DNA of 64,000 nucleotides from Octopus sinensis. Lineage: Eukaryota. The stretch's first letter is position 1, and the number at the start of each line of letters is the position of its first letter. The position numbers and the translations under genes were made by a program. Of this stretch, positions 12,980-26,062 are shown one piece after another. The notes below the pieces were generated by a model that saw nothing but the letters and a program-made list of their open reading frames with translations, was not told where the DNA came from and made no database searches. The DNA lies in contig NC_043014.1 of assembly GCF_006345805.1 (NCBI RefSeq), positions 43,524,001 to 43,588,000 of the forward strand. The letters are read 5' to 3'.

Positions 12980-13180
12980 TTACTCTCTCTTACTCAGCGG
13001 CCATGCTGGAGCACTGCCTTTAATCGAGCAACTAGACCCCGGGACTTATTCTTTTGTAAGTCCAGTACTTATTCTATCGGTCTCTTTTGCCGAACCACTA
13101 AGTAACGGGGACATAAACACACCAGCATCGGTTGTCAAGCAATGCTAGGGGGGACAAACACAGACACACAAACACACACA

Positions 13181-13224
<44 letters not shown>

Positions 13225-13386
13225 TACGACGGGCTTCTTTCAGTTTCCGTCTACCAAATCCACTCACAAGGCTTTGGTTGGCCCGAAGCTACAGTAGAAG
13301 ACACTTGCCCAAGGTGCCACGCAGTGGGACTGAACCCGAAACCATGTGGTTGGTAAACAAGCTACTTACCACACAGCCACTCCTGC
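12980..13386 (-). mobile_element. SINE group A
   Basis: Reverse complement of the group A consensus, with internal (TA)n. Confidence 0.9.
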
Positions 13387-13713
13387 TTGTATGGAGAACT
13401 TGAAACAAATGTCACTGAAATGATACTTTTGCTTATAAAGATCATGCGATATATGCTTTCGTAGTGAACTGCAAGAGACACTTCGTAAAGCCATTTTTTA
13501 CAAACCAGCAAGTGAAACACATTTGTAGATGAGATGAGATGGAAATACAAAAGCATTCATGTTTTGTGAGTCTCTATGTAGTCACTCAGCCTTCTGGAAA
13601 TAACAGTCAGATTTGTCTCAAATTGTACCCTACTATCTTAACTATCTTAAAACGGAAGGACATCATTGTCATCATCGTTTAACGCCTGTTTTCCATGCTG
13701 GTATGAGTTGGAT

Positions 13714-14314
13714 AAGGCGGCGAGCTGGCAGAAACGTTAGCACGCCGGGCGAAATGCTTAGCGGTATTTTGTCTGCCGCTACGTTCTGAGTTCAAATTCC
13801 GCCGAGGTTGACCTTGCCTTTCATCCTTTCGGGGTCAATAAATCAAGTACCAATTATGCACTGGGGTCGATGTAATCAACTTAATCCGTTTGTCTGTCCT
13901 TGTTTGTCCTCTCTGTGTTTAGCCCCTTGTAGGTAGTAAAGAAATAGGTATTTCGTCTGCCGCTACGTTCTGAGTTCAAATTCCGCCAAGGTCAACTTTG
14001 CCTTTCATCCTTTCGGGGTCGATAAATTAAGTACCAGTTACGCACTGAAGTCGATGTAATCGACTTAATCTGTTTGTCTGTCCTTGTTTGTCCTCTCAGT
14101 GTTTAGCCCCTTGTGGGTAGTAAAGAAATAGGTATTTCATCTGCCACTACGTTCTGAGTTCAAATTCCGCCAAGGTCGACTTTGCCTTTCATCCTTTCGG
14201 GGTCGATAAATTAAGTACCAGTTATGCACTGGGGTCGATGTAATCAACTTAATCTGTTTGTCTGTTCTTGTTTGTCCTCTCTGTGTGTAGCCCCTTGTGG
14301 GTAGTAAAGAAATA
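13714..14314 (+). mobile_element. SINE group B, head plus 3 x 184-bp units, nested in an old RTE 3' fragment
   Basis: Units start at 13763, 13947 and 14131. TSD GGTATGAGTTGGAT (13700-13713) versus GGTATGAATTGGAT (14315-14328). Confidence 0.9.
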
Positions 14315-14658
14315 GGTATGAATTGGATGGTTTGATTGAAAACTGGTAAGCTAGGGAGCTGCATCTGATGTGGCATGGTTTCTATGGCTGGATGCTCTTC
14401 TAAATGCCAACCATTACAAGGGTATAGTGGGTTCTTTTTATGTGCTACCAGCTCGGGTGCCAGTTATGAAATACCAGCATCAGCCATGACTACAATCTCA
14501 CTTGGAATCTGAGATTCACTGAGACACACACAAAAAAAAAGAATTATGATCTTGGCTGGAATCCTTTAATCATAAGTCTGATTGACCAGGGGTCAACTTA
14601 GAGAGCTAAACGATCACTATTTCTTGTATTCATATACTTGACTTTCTCTTTCTTTTTC

Positions 14659-15060
14659 ACTCTTTTACTTGTTTCAGTCATTTGACTGTGGCCATGCTGG
14701 AGCACCGCCTTTAGTTGAGCAAATCGACCCCAGGACTTATTTTTTTGTAAGCCTAGTACTTATTCTATCGGTCTCTTTTGCCGAACCACTAAGTTACGGG
14801 GATGTAAACACACCAGCATCGGTTGTCAAGCGATGTTTGGGGGACAAACACAGACACACAAACATACATGCACACGCACATATATATACATATATACAAC
14901 AGGCTTCTTTCAGTTTCCGTCTACCAAATCCACTCACAAGCCTTTGGTCGGCCCAAGGCTATAGTAGAAGATACTTGCCTAAGGTGCCACGCTGTGGGAC
15001 TGAACCCGGAACCATGTGGTTGGTAAACAAGCTACTTACCACACAGCCACTCCTGCGCCT
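14659..15060 (-). mobile_element. SINE group A, full length
   Basis: Runs from the head (rc AGGCGCAGGAGTGGC) to the (AAAAGAGT) tail. Confidence 0.9.
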
Positions 15061-15071
15061 ATATATATATA

Positions 15072-15442
15072 CTAAAAGTATCGCCCGGCGTTGCTCGGGT
15101 TTGCAAGGGAAATAACTATAAAGCATTTTTAGAGAGTTATAGCCAAAAAATGGAAAAAAAATGATGTTAAATTTTTTTTTTTAGTTAAAAAGGTCTAGTT
15201 GCGTCCCCTAGACAGTCTGTGGTTTGTGTTTCTGATTCTCGACCCCATGTCGAATTTATCGATTTCTTTCAGAACTGGGGGAACTTTTCAAAATTTTCGC
15301 TGCGTTAGTTTTGAATTATGACATTGGGCTATGTGTGTGTCAAGTTTCATCAGAATCGGTTGAAAGCCGTGGTCAGGGTGAGGGTACAACCTAACAGACA
15401 CACAGAAACACACACAGACAAACTGCCGTTTATATATAGAGA
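15072..15442 (-). mobile_element. Non-autonomous Helitron
   Basis: Minus-strand 5' A|TC at 15442. 3' hairpin CCCGAGCAACGCCGGG then (C>T)TAG|T at 15072. Same 3' end as the copy at 42270. Confidence 0.75.
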
Positions 15443-16305
15443 TATATATATATATATATATAAATATAATATGTATATATATATACGACTTGATCAAATA
15501 ATTTGCACTTTTACTACAAATGAAGTTAGTCGAAGTCACAACTTCACTGCCATCATCATAATCATCAACACACTACCTTGACTGAACCAATGAGAGGCAC
15601 TCTCTCATTGCTTGACTTTCTAGAAATAGCAGCCAAATCTGCTGAAAATATACACACCATCATCATCATCTAGCATCTGTGAAAATAGAGAAGCTGGATA
15701 ATCATCTTACTCAAAAGTGTCTCTGTAGCTAATCTCTCAGTGATGAATATTCCTGATTAGTTAATGGTTGCGATGCAAAAAGACAAGATATTTCTCAGTT
15801 CTTAATTTTTACACTTGCTTTAAAAGATAATAAATAAGAAATATACCGAAAATGAATTTTTAACAGGTTGCATATAAACTTTCTGCTGCTGTATCTATCT
15901 CTCCATCTCCTCTCATGCATGTGTGCATACGTATGGATAGGTGTCAAATTGTTTCTCTGAACGAGGAATGTCTGCTACCCCCCTTTTTTTTCTTTCTTTC
16001 TTTTCTCCCTTTTTTTTTCTTCTTTTTTTTTTTTAAATTCTTGTCTTTTTGATATGGTGTTTCAGTTAGCTCCAGGTCTGTGTGAAGAAACGCTATTTGA
16101 TCTAAGAAAACCACTCGTCGGGTAAAAAGACTTCTACTGCATCGCACGTTCTAACTCCCTGAGATGGTGTTAATATATCTTTTTTTCTTTTTTTTTAATT
16201 TTTTTTTTTAATATTTTGGTTACTACTTGTTGTTGTCTTTCTTACCTCTATCTCTCTTTTTCTGTTGCACAGTTCAGGTTTTTATCTCATTTTTCAATCT
16301 TTCAT

Positions 16306-16336
<31 letters not shown>

Positions 16337-16929
16337 GAAAAAAAAAGAATAAAACAAAGAGGGGGGAGAAAAGGTGGCCCTTTTTTCTTTTTCTTCACAA
16401 ATACGATCAGTAAAAGTAAAATGGTCTTACCTATTCTTCCCATCCCCATCCCTATCTCTCTCTCTCTTACCGTTTCCATGTCTCCGTATCTTTTACTTCC
16501 ATCATTTTCCTCTTTGTCTTCTTTCTATTTTTCCTCCTTTTCTTCCTTCACTTTTTTCTCCAACCTTCTGATTTTCTTCTTCTTCTTATATATATATTTC
16601 TGTTATCTTTAATCGTCTTTTCTTCTTTTTCCTTTTTCATTCCTTCTTTTTGTTTCTTTCTCACTACACTCTTTCTGTCCCCTTGCTCCATCTTCCTCTC
16701 CCCAATCTCCCATCCACACTCTCCTCCTCCCCCACCTTTCATCATTTTGTCACTTTTCTTTTCTTCTTCTTTCTCTGACACCTTCTGCTCTGTTATTGCA
16801 TGATATTTTCTGATAGTATTTTTGTCAGCTTTTCCATTCTGCTGCCATATTCTTGAAGAAATTCCATTTCTGTGGTGTTTACATAGAAGAGTAATACCAG
16901 ATATAAACATTCGTAGCCATGCACCAACA

Positions 16930-17330
16930 CTCTCTCTCTCTCCTCATCTCTTTCACTTTCTCTCTCTCTCTCCTCATCTCTCTCACTTTCTCTTTCTCCT
17001 CATCTCTCTCACTTTCTCTTTCTCCTCATCTCTCTCACTTTCTCTCTCTCTCCTCATCACTCTCTCTTTCTCTCTCCTCATCTCTCTCTCTCTTTCTCTC
17101 TCCTCATCTCTCTCTCTCTTTCTCTCACCTCATCTCTCTCACTTTCTCTCTCTCTCCTCATCTCTCACTTTCTCTCTCCTCATCTCTCTCTCTCTTTCTC
17201 TCTCCTCATCTCTCACTATCTATCTCTCTCCTCTTCTCTCTCCTCATCTCTCTCTCTTTCTCTATCTCCTCATCTCTCTCCCTCCTCATCTCCCTCTCTC
17301 TCCCCATCTCTCTCTCTCACTTTCTCTTTC
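16930..17330. repeat. Polypyrimidine minisatellite (CTCCTCATCTCTCTC-type units)
   Basis: Almost purely C/T tract with recurring CTCCTCATC. Confidence 0.9.
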
Positions 17331-17518
17331 CATATGTGTCTACATATAAACAATCGTAGGGTGTTAATGTTCAAATATAATTTTGAAGATTAACTTGCCT
17401 AAGCAAGCCCTTCGAAGTATGAGAAGCAATCTTTAGATTGTTTTCACAACATTACCACAATCTTAATTGATGTCACCACCATCATTGCTATTATAATTCA
17501 TGGAAACCCTTTGTTGTT

Positions 17519-17550
<32 letters not shown>

Positions 17551-17804
17551 TTGACATTTTTTGTCAGGATTGCAATATTTTCTGTCGAGGATGTTCTTTC
17601 TTTCTTGTATGTTTTCTTCGTTCGCAAACAAGAGGTAGTGCTCCACACAGCTTTGTATATGTTTGTGTGTATTCTTGTCTTAAAATCATGTGATGGTTCC
17701 AAACAAGCCTCACCACCATACGAGCAATGTTGCTTGTTTCTAATCTTCCGTGAAAAATGTCTGGCCATGGGGGAAGTCTAAGGGAGATTTAAGCTTTCCA
17801 GCTT

Positions 17805-18744
17805 TCTTTGACCACTACCCCACAAAAAAAGAGCTAAGTACCCCTAAAGTTAATACCCTGTTAGAGCCCGCTCTGGAAACATGTTTTGCTTATAATTCTT
17901 CCATCGCATTATTTCACCAATGTCCTCTGTTCTCAGCGCTTCGCGACAATCACTTCTGGTTAACCTAGTTAATTAATTAGCGCTGTTGCTCTTCCTTGAC
18001 CACTACTCCACAAAACAAGAGCTAAGTACCCCTACAGTTAATACCCTGTTAGAGCCCGCTCTAAAAACATTTTTTACTTATAATTCTTCCATCGCATTAT
18101 TTCACCAATGTCCTCTGTTCTCAGCGCTTCGCGACAATCACTTCTGGTTAACCTAGTTAAATAATTAGCGCTGTTGCTCTTCCTTGACCACTACTCCACA
18201 AAACAAGAGCTAAGTACCCCTACAGTTAATACCCTGTTAGAGACCGCTCTGAAAACATTTTTTACTTATAATTCTTCCATCGCATTATCTCACCAATGTC
18301 CTCTGTTCTCAGCGCTTCGCGACAATCACTTCTGGTTAACCTAGTTAAATAATTAGCGCTGTTGCTCTTCCTTGACCACTACTCCACAAAACAAGAGCTA
18401 AGTACTCCTACAGTTAATACCCTGTTAGAGCCCGCTCTGAAAACATTTTTTACTTATAATTCTTCCATCGCATTATTTCACCAATGTCCTCTGTTCTCAG
18501 CACTTCGACACAATCACCTCTGGTTAACCTAGTTAATTAATTAGCGCAATTGCTCTTCCTTGACCACTACTCCACAAAACAAGAGCTAAGTACCCCTACA
18601 GTTAATACCCTGTTATAGCCTGCTCTGAATACATGTTTTACTTATAATTCTTCCATGGCATTATTTCACCAACGTCCTCTGTTCTCAGCGCTTCGCCACA
18701 ATCACCTCTGGTTAACCTAGTTAATTAATTAACGCAATTGCTCT
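17805..18744. repeat. Tandem repeat, 5 x 188 bp
   Basis: Unit starts (TCYTTGACCACTAC) at 17805, 17993, 18181, 18369 and 18557. Inner copies are nearly identical. Confidence 0.95.
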
Positions 18745-19872
18745 AATATAATTAGATTTGAAGTTTAAAAAAAAAAAAGAAAAAGAAAACAGCTAATACA
18801 AAGAAACAATTATAAGAAGCAGTAGAATAAAAAGAAAGAAAGAAAAGATGAATAAACAAAAGAAAGCAATTTCTCAGCGTTTTCAAGAAAGCGCCACGAA
18901 AATTCAACTGTACAATTGAAGAGATACTGTTTGTTTTTAGAACAATTGAACAAAAAAAAAAAAAAAAGAGATTAATGAGAAATGGGGGGGGGGTGTAGGT
19001 GGGGGGGGGGGGAGGGGGGAAATGCAGAACAAAGAACAAAAAGAAAATGAAAAAAGATTCTGTCCAAGTCTTTACTATACATAAAACAGGTTAATAAATA
19101 CACATACACGCACATACATACGTACACGCGTGCATTTGCACATGCACACACAGATGCATGTACGCAAGCATACGCACGCACGCACTTTGCTAGTTGACAT
19201 TATTGCCAGTCTGTGTAGTGTTTTTGTTTTTGTTTTTTTTCTTTGTTTTTGTTGTTTTTTTTTTGTTTTTGTTGTTTTTTTTTGTTTTTGTTTTTTTTTC
19301 TTTGTTTTTGTTGTTGTTTTTTTTTGTTTTTTTTCTTCGTTTTGTAAAAGTTGACTGCAGGCATTGTTTGATGTTGCAATGTACTTAATGCACTGGGAAT
19401 TGCCGGTTCACAGCCAGCCTGCTTCAAATGTCTCTTCGCACTGCACTCGTGTGTACTCGTGACTTAAAAGATGGAGTTTGGTACTACAAACTGAATCTCT
19501 GTCTGTCTGTCCGTCTCTCTCTTTCTATCTCTCTCTCACTCTCTCTCTCTCTCACAAACACACATACACAGTTATTGTTGCTATCAAGTTGTCTACTAAA
19601 GGTGATTGACCACTAATATCTTTCTTAGCAGCTAATTTTCATTAAACCTACAAAGTGGCTGTGGCTGTGTGGTTAAGGAGTTTTCTTTCAAACTACATGG
19701 TTCTCAGTTCAGTTCCACCTCATGGCAACTTGAGCAAATGTCTTCTACTAGAGCCCCAGGCCGACCAAAAGTTTGAGGGTGGATTGACAGAAACTGGTAT
19801 TTCTAAATTTCAGTATGTGGTGAAGCAATTTGCTGAACCCTAATTATAATTATGCTTATAATTATAGAATTT

Positions 19873-19985
<113 letters not shown>

Positions 19986-20192
19986 TTTCTTGTTTCAGCA
20001 CAGAGCTGCGGCCATGCTGATAAAAGCAATAATAAATCTCTGAACGAGGTATAAACAGTAACTGCATGACATCGTAAAGTATATTTTCCGCTTAAATGTG
20101 GCTAACCCCTAAGGGTGGATGCTACTGTAGCTTGTAGCCCCAGGAGGACACCCCCTCCAGCTGGAGGAGGTGTCCTCCTGGAGACATATATC

Positions 20193-20223
<31 letters not shown>

Positions 20224-20286
20224 GTACATACACACATATGGATATGTATAGCTTTGATTTTTCATTTGCTTCAGTCATTGAGATCG

Positions 20287-20684
20287 TTGCCAGAGCAACA
20301 AACTGGCCTTCGTGCCGATGGCACATTAAGCACTCCATTCGAGCGTGATTGTTACCGCGTCGCCTTAGTAGCACTTGTTCTGGTGGCACATGAAACATTC
20401 GAGCGAGGTCATCGCCAGTGCCGCTGGACTGGCTCCTGTGCAGGTGGCATGTAAAAAGCACCATTTGGACATGGCCGTTGCCAGTACCACCAAACTGGCC
20501 CTCGTGCCGGTGGCATGTAAAAGCACCCACTACACTCTCGAAGTGGTTGGCGTTAGGAAGGGCATCCAGCTGTAGAAGAAACTCTGCCAGATCTGATTGG
20601 AGTCTGGTTCGCCAGACCGCAGTCAAATCGTCCAACCCATGCTAGCATGGAAAGCAGATGTTAAATGAAGATGATGATGATGAT
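20287..20684 (+). mobile_element. RTE LINE 3' UTR fragment
   Basis: Conserved terminus ...CCAACCCATGCTAGCATGG... plus (GAT)n tail. Confidence 0.8.
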
Positions 20685-20885
20685 TTGGCTGTAGCCATGC
20701 AGGAGTGCCACCTTGAAGAGTTTTAGTCAGACAAATCAACCCCATGACTTACTTTTGTTTTTTTAATTTTTCTATTGAAGGCCTAGTACTTCTATCAGTC
20801 TCTATTTGCTGACTTGCTTTGTTACAGGGACATAAACACACCGATACAAGTTGTCAGGTGGTGGTGGGAAACAAACACAAGCAAA

Positions 20886-21235
20886 AAGGCTGCCTTAACT
20901 GGCCCCCGTGCCGGTGGCACGTAAAAAGCACCAATCTGATTGTGGCCATTGCCAGCCTTGCCTGGCACCTGTGTCGGTGGCACGTAAAAAGCACCAATCC
21001 GAACATGGCCATTGCCAGCCTTGCCTGGCACCTGTGTCGGTGGCATGTAAAAAGCACCCACTACACTCATTGAGTGGTTGGCATTAGGAAGGGCATCCAG
21101 CTGTAGAAACACTGCCAGATCAGACTGGAACCTGGTGCAGCCTCCTGGCTTCCCAGATCCCCGGTCGAACCGTCCAACCCGTGCTAGCATGGAGAACGGA
21201 CATCAAATGATGATGATGATGATGATGATGATGAT
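20886..21235 (+). mobile_element. RTE LINE 3' UTR fragment with tandem units
   Basis: Three GTAAAAAGCACC-ending units, the conserved terminus and (GAT)n. Confidence 0.8.
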
Positions 21236-21713
21236 ACAACTGGCTCCTTTCAGTTTCTGTATACCAACTTCAGTCACAAGGCCCGACGCCATAGTAGAAG
21301 ACACTTGCCCAAGTTGTCACGCAGTGGGACTGAACCCGGAACCATGCAGTTGGGAATCAAGCTTCTTACCACACAGCCACAGCTGCATATATATGTGGGT
21401 GTGTACTTGCGTTGTGTATACGCTTGTGTCTCTTTGATGTCACATTGCGTGATAATTGTAAATAAGCGTAACTGTTGTCGTGTGAGCAGCGTCGTACATT
21501 TCCTACGTTCAAAGAAAACATGTCTGGTCATGGGGAATTTCACGTAACCTAGAAACGGGTATGGGTTGGTGACTGGGAGGGCGTCCAGCCGTCGGAAACT
21601 CCGGACTCGATAAACTCCCATCCGAGCCCTGCGAGTGTGGAAAGGTTGATGTTAGAACGAACGATTTAATAGCTTTCCAGAAAGTTTTCCTTTTGCCTTG
21701 TAGATCTTAGCAA

Positions 21714-22301
21714 CCTATTTCTTTATTACCCACAAGGGGCTAAACACAGAAGGGACAAACAAGAACAGACATAGGTATTAAGTCGATTACATCGACCCCA
21801 GTGCGTAACTGGTACTTAATTTATCGACCCCGAAAGGATGAAAGGCAAAGTCGACCTCGGCGGAATTTGAACTCACAACGTAACGGCAGACGAAATACCT
21901 ATTTCTTTATTACCCACAAGGGGCTAAACACAGAGGGGACAAACAAGGACAGACATAGGTATTAAGTCGATTCCATCGACCCCAGTGCGTAACTGGTACT
22001 TAATTTATCGACCCCGAAAGGATGAAAGGCAAAGTCGACCTCGGCGGAATTTGAACTCACAACGTAACGGCAGACGAAATACCTATTTCTTTATTACCCA
22101 CAAGGGGCTAAACAAGGACAGACATAGGTATTAAGTCGATTCCATCGACCCCAGTGCGTAACTGGTACTTAATTTATCGACCCCGAAAGGATGAAAGGCA
22201 AAGTCGACCTCGGCGGAATTTGAACTCACAACGTAACGGCAGACGAAATACCGCTAAGCATTTCGCCCGGCGTGCTAACGTTTCTGCTAGCTCGCCGCCT
22301 T
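21714..22301 (-). mobile_element. SINE group B, head plus 3 x 184-bp units, young insertion
   Basis: Units at 21714, 21898 and 22082. TSD TTGTAGATCTTAGCAA(CC) at 21698-21715 and 22302-22319. Confidence 0.92.
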
Positions 22302-22546
22302 TTGTAGATCTTAGCAACCGGCAGCGTGTACCATTGGTGGTGCTCTGTACCTGAACTGTGTCTTTGTGTTAGTCTTGTTTCGAACATCGTGACTAATTGT
22401 TAGGCTTATCTTTTCTTATATATGCTAGGGTGGGCAAGGTATATATAATAAATGCTGACATAGAAGTCGGCGAAATGAGTTTTTAACATGAAATGAGTAA
22501 TTAACTTCAAAGTCAAATTTCTAGATCGCTGGTTTTCCAATGAATA

Positions 22547-22583
<37 letters not shown>

Positions 22584-22867
22584 TTTTTTTTTGATTTCAT
22601 GTTGCATCAGAAATCAAATGAGAAATTGCTGATGCACTTTGCTTTGAAAGTTTAAAAAAATAAAATAAGATAAAAATAAAATAAAATAAAATAAAATAAA
22701 ATAAAATAAAAAGGAAAGTTAAAAGTTAAAAAACATGCTGAACTTTTTGTCGCTCCTTGTTTTGTGAGTCATATAGAATTATAACTAACAGGTTTTTCAA
22801 GGCAGCCAAGTGTGAGTGTGAGTATGTGTGTGTATGTGTATACACACACATGCACATGTATGTATAT

Positions 22868-22906
<39 letters not shown>

Positions 22907-23609
22907 ATGTATTTGCAATAATGAAGTCAAATCAAATAGTGATATTTTGAAACTGTTGAATTGCATATATTTCATATCTGCATAATATACAACAGGAAAT
23001 GCATCCAATTCGTATTAAATTATTTCAATATATCACAATTGGGTTGGACTTTATTATTGCAACCTATATGACTTCATGTCAGAGCAAACTAGTCAGTACA
23101 GGCTCGACATATGCAGATACTCTTAACAATGATTTGCAGTAGTTTGTTATATTGGACTTGAGTCGATTATATATATATATATATATATATATAATCAACA
23201 AGAGTGTACGGTAAAATCCAGGATGGTAATGTCAAAGAAGTGTTAAGTTCCTGTGATAATCCTGGTGGTGGTAAAGTGGTTCAGGAGAGGTACCAAAGGT
23301 GTGAGAAGAAGGCAGAAGAGAGAAGGGTCTAAGAGAGGAGGAAGTTCAAACTGACAGGATCAAATCAGGGGCCATCAACCTTTCCTTCCGGTCAATTCAA
23401 CATGCAGAGCTGTTTATCCAAGCAGCAGCTGGGCAGTTAACCCCACCTTGGAAAGGAAAGCCCATTTTGGTGTTGAGTGTTGAAAACTGGGTTTTATGAG
23501 TCCTCGGGCTAATGATGGAAGTGAAATCATGAAGCTGTTTCTATGAACTTATACAGCAGTGGTTAGGGTTAGTAATTCTTGCCTTTATTTAACATACTCC
23601 ACCCACACA

Positions 23610-23995
23610 GGTACAGGTGTGGCTGTGTCGTAAAAAGCTTGCTTCCCAACCACATGACTCTGGGTTCAGTCCCGCTGCATGCCACCTTGGGCAAGTGTTT
23701 TCTACTATAGTCGTGTGTTGGCCAATGCTTTGTGAGTGGATTTGGTAGCTAGAAACTGAAAGAAGCCTGTCTTATATGTGTGTGTGTGTATTTGTGTCCC
23801 CCACCACCTGGCAACAGGTGTTGGTGTGTTTGAATCCCTGTAACCTAGTGGTTCAGCAGAAGAGACTGATAGAATAAGTACCTACCTTGAAAAAGCAAGT
23901 GCTAGGGTTGATTCATTCGATTAAAAATTCCAGGCACTGCTCCAGCATGGCCACTGTCAAATGACTGAAACAAATAATACATAAAAGATAAAAGA
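23610..23995 (+). mobile_element. SINE group A, diverged
   Basis: Recognisable head, CORE-like block and tail. Confidence 0.75.
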
Positions 23996-24231
23996 TACTC
24001 CCCCCTACACACATAGTGCTTTAATTATCTGATGATGCTACCCCCAGCCATTTTTTATTGTGACCATTTCTCCCAAACACTATGTGTACCCATCTACCAA
24101 TGTTTTTTGGGGTTTTTGTGTCCATAACCCTTTACAGGGCCCACGAGACTAGTGGGTTGGAGGGAGGAAGACAATGTAGACTCTGCTAAAGGCACCCAGG
24201 GTACCAGGGTCTGATGTTGAACCGAATGACA

Positions 24232-24608
24232 GATTAAGTGACCCTAGCCTACTCAAGTAAGCTTCTTTGAGATTTGAACTCAGTGTGCAGAACATTGGAG
24301 CAAATACTGCAAGGCATCTGCTTTAGCATTCTTAGAATTCTGCCAATCCACCATTGGCAGTTTTTATTAACTTCTGAATGAAAAGTCATGTTGACCGTGG
24401 CCAGATTTGAACTCAGTGCCCAAAGGATTGGAACTGAATGATTAAGTGACCCTAGCCTACCCAAGTAAGCTTCTTTGAGATTTGAACTCAGTGTGCAGAA
24501 CATTGGAGCAAATACTGCAAGGCATCTGCTTGGCAGTTTTTATCAACTTCTGAATGAAAAGTCATGTTGACCATAGACAGATTTGAACTCAGTGCCCAAA
24601 GGATTGTA
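24232..24608. repeat. Local tandem duplication of a ~208-bp SINE-derived unit
   Basis: GATTAAGTGACCCTAGCCTAC... at 24232 and 24440. The first ~90 bp differ by one base and copy 2 lacks ~32 bp. Confidence 0.85.
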
Positions 24609-24675
24609 ACAAATGCCACAAGGCATTTTACCCAACAATCTCAACAACTCTAATAATTTGCCACCCTCACTCCCA

Positions 24676-24710
<35 letters not shown>

Positions 24711-25617
24711 TTTTTTAGTCTTTTGCTTAATGTTAAAAAGTAGTGCATTGACCAACTTTTAAGCATGAGATTGTTTACAAGGTACCCCAAATATTTTGAT
24801 GTTCCTGCATTAACAATTTACTGAATTCTTCCTCTGTAGGAACTACATCTGTGTGAATGTTTATTCCATCTCTACCCGCTTGTGTTTTTCTCTTCAAACA
24901 TTGATCTTCAAGAGTTCAAACCGAAACTGTTTAACTATTTAAACAAACCTCCTCCCATTTCTCTCTTCCTCTTTTTCTGTCTCTACTCTCTCTCTCTTTC
25001 TGTTTCTACTCTTTCTCTCTCTCTCTCTCTGGAGGACCTGAAAAATAAGCAATATTACTCTGTTAAGAGATTGCATATGATAAACTACAACTACATGTTT
25101 ATCTTTTGCTTGTTTCAGTCATTGGGCTGCGACCATGCTGGGGCACTGCTTTAAAGGGATTTAGACAAATAGATCGACACCTAGTACTTATTATTGTATC
25201 GATCTTTTTTGTTGAACCACTAAGTTATGTTTATGTAAACAAACTGACATTGGTTGTTGAGTATGTGGATGTAAGCACAAAGACGCATGTGCAGTGCAGG
25301 ATCAACACAGTTTCCATCTATAAGATTCATCCGCATGGCACTGGTTGACTCTGGGCAACAGTAGAAGACTCTTACCCCAAGGTGCCACGTAGTGGGATTC
25401 AGTTCAAAACCACGTGGCTGCAAAGTGAGTCTCTTAACCACACAACCAAGCGTAGCCGAGTCTATATGGCATTTGTTTTTTAATATTCAACTGTGAACTG
25501 TGCAGTAGTATTTGGTAGATCTAGATGTGTCCTAATTCCTGGCTCTTGAAGACTAGTGGCTAACTTCAGTTCTATTGCATGAAGAACGGTAAATCTCTCC
25601 CAGGATAATATACCAGT

Positions 25618-26062
25618 CATCATCATCGTTTAATGTCCGCTTTCCATGCTAGCATTGGTTGGACGATTTGACTGAGGTCTGGCGAACCAGATGGTTGCAC
25701 CAGGCTCCAATCTGATCTGGCAGAGTTTCTACAACTGGATGCCCTTCCTAACACCAACCACTCCGAGCGTGTCGTGAACGCTTTTATGTGCCACTGGCAT
25801 GAGGGCCAGTCAGGTGGTACTGGCAATAGCCACGCTCAAATGGTGCTTTTTATGTGCCACCTGCACAGGAGCCAGTCCAGCGGCACTGGCAACAACCTCA
25901 CTCAAATGTTTTTTCATGTAACACCAGCACAAGTGCCAGTAAGGCGACACTGGTAACGATCACGTTCAAATGGTGCTTTTTTCGTGCCATCGGTACGGAG
26001 GCCAGCTTGTTGCTCTGGCAACAATCACACTCGTATGGTAGTCTTAGTGCTCCACTAGCATG
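25618..26062 (-). mobile_element. RTE LINE 3' UTR fragment
   Basis: CATCAT tail, conserved terminus and degenerate internal units. Confidence 0.8.

Noticed and set aside
16066-16121. 56-nt exon candidate LAPGLCEETLFDLRKPLVG
   Set aside because: Weak donor (GG|GTAAAA), no recognisable homology and no partner exons.
22570-22640. Possible miRNA hairpin (GCATCAG...CTGATGC)
   Set aside because: The stem is too short and discontinuous, and I recognise no mature miRNA.
23200-23560. Purine-rich segment that might be a decayed LINE or exon
   Set aside because: No frame gave a motif I could name and no convincing splice pair was found.
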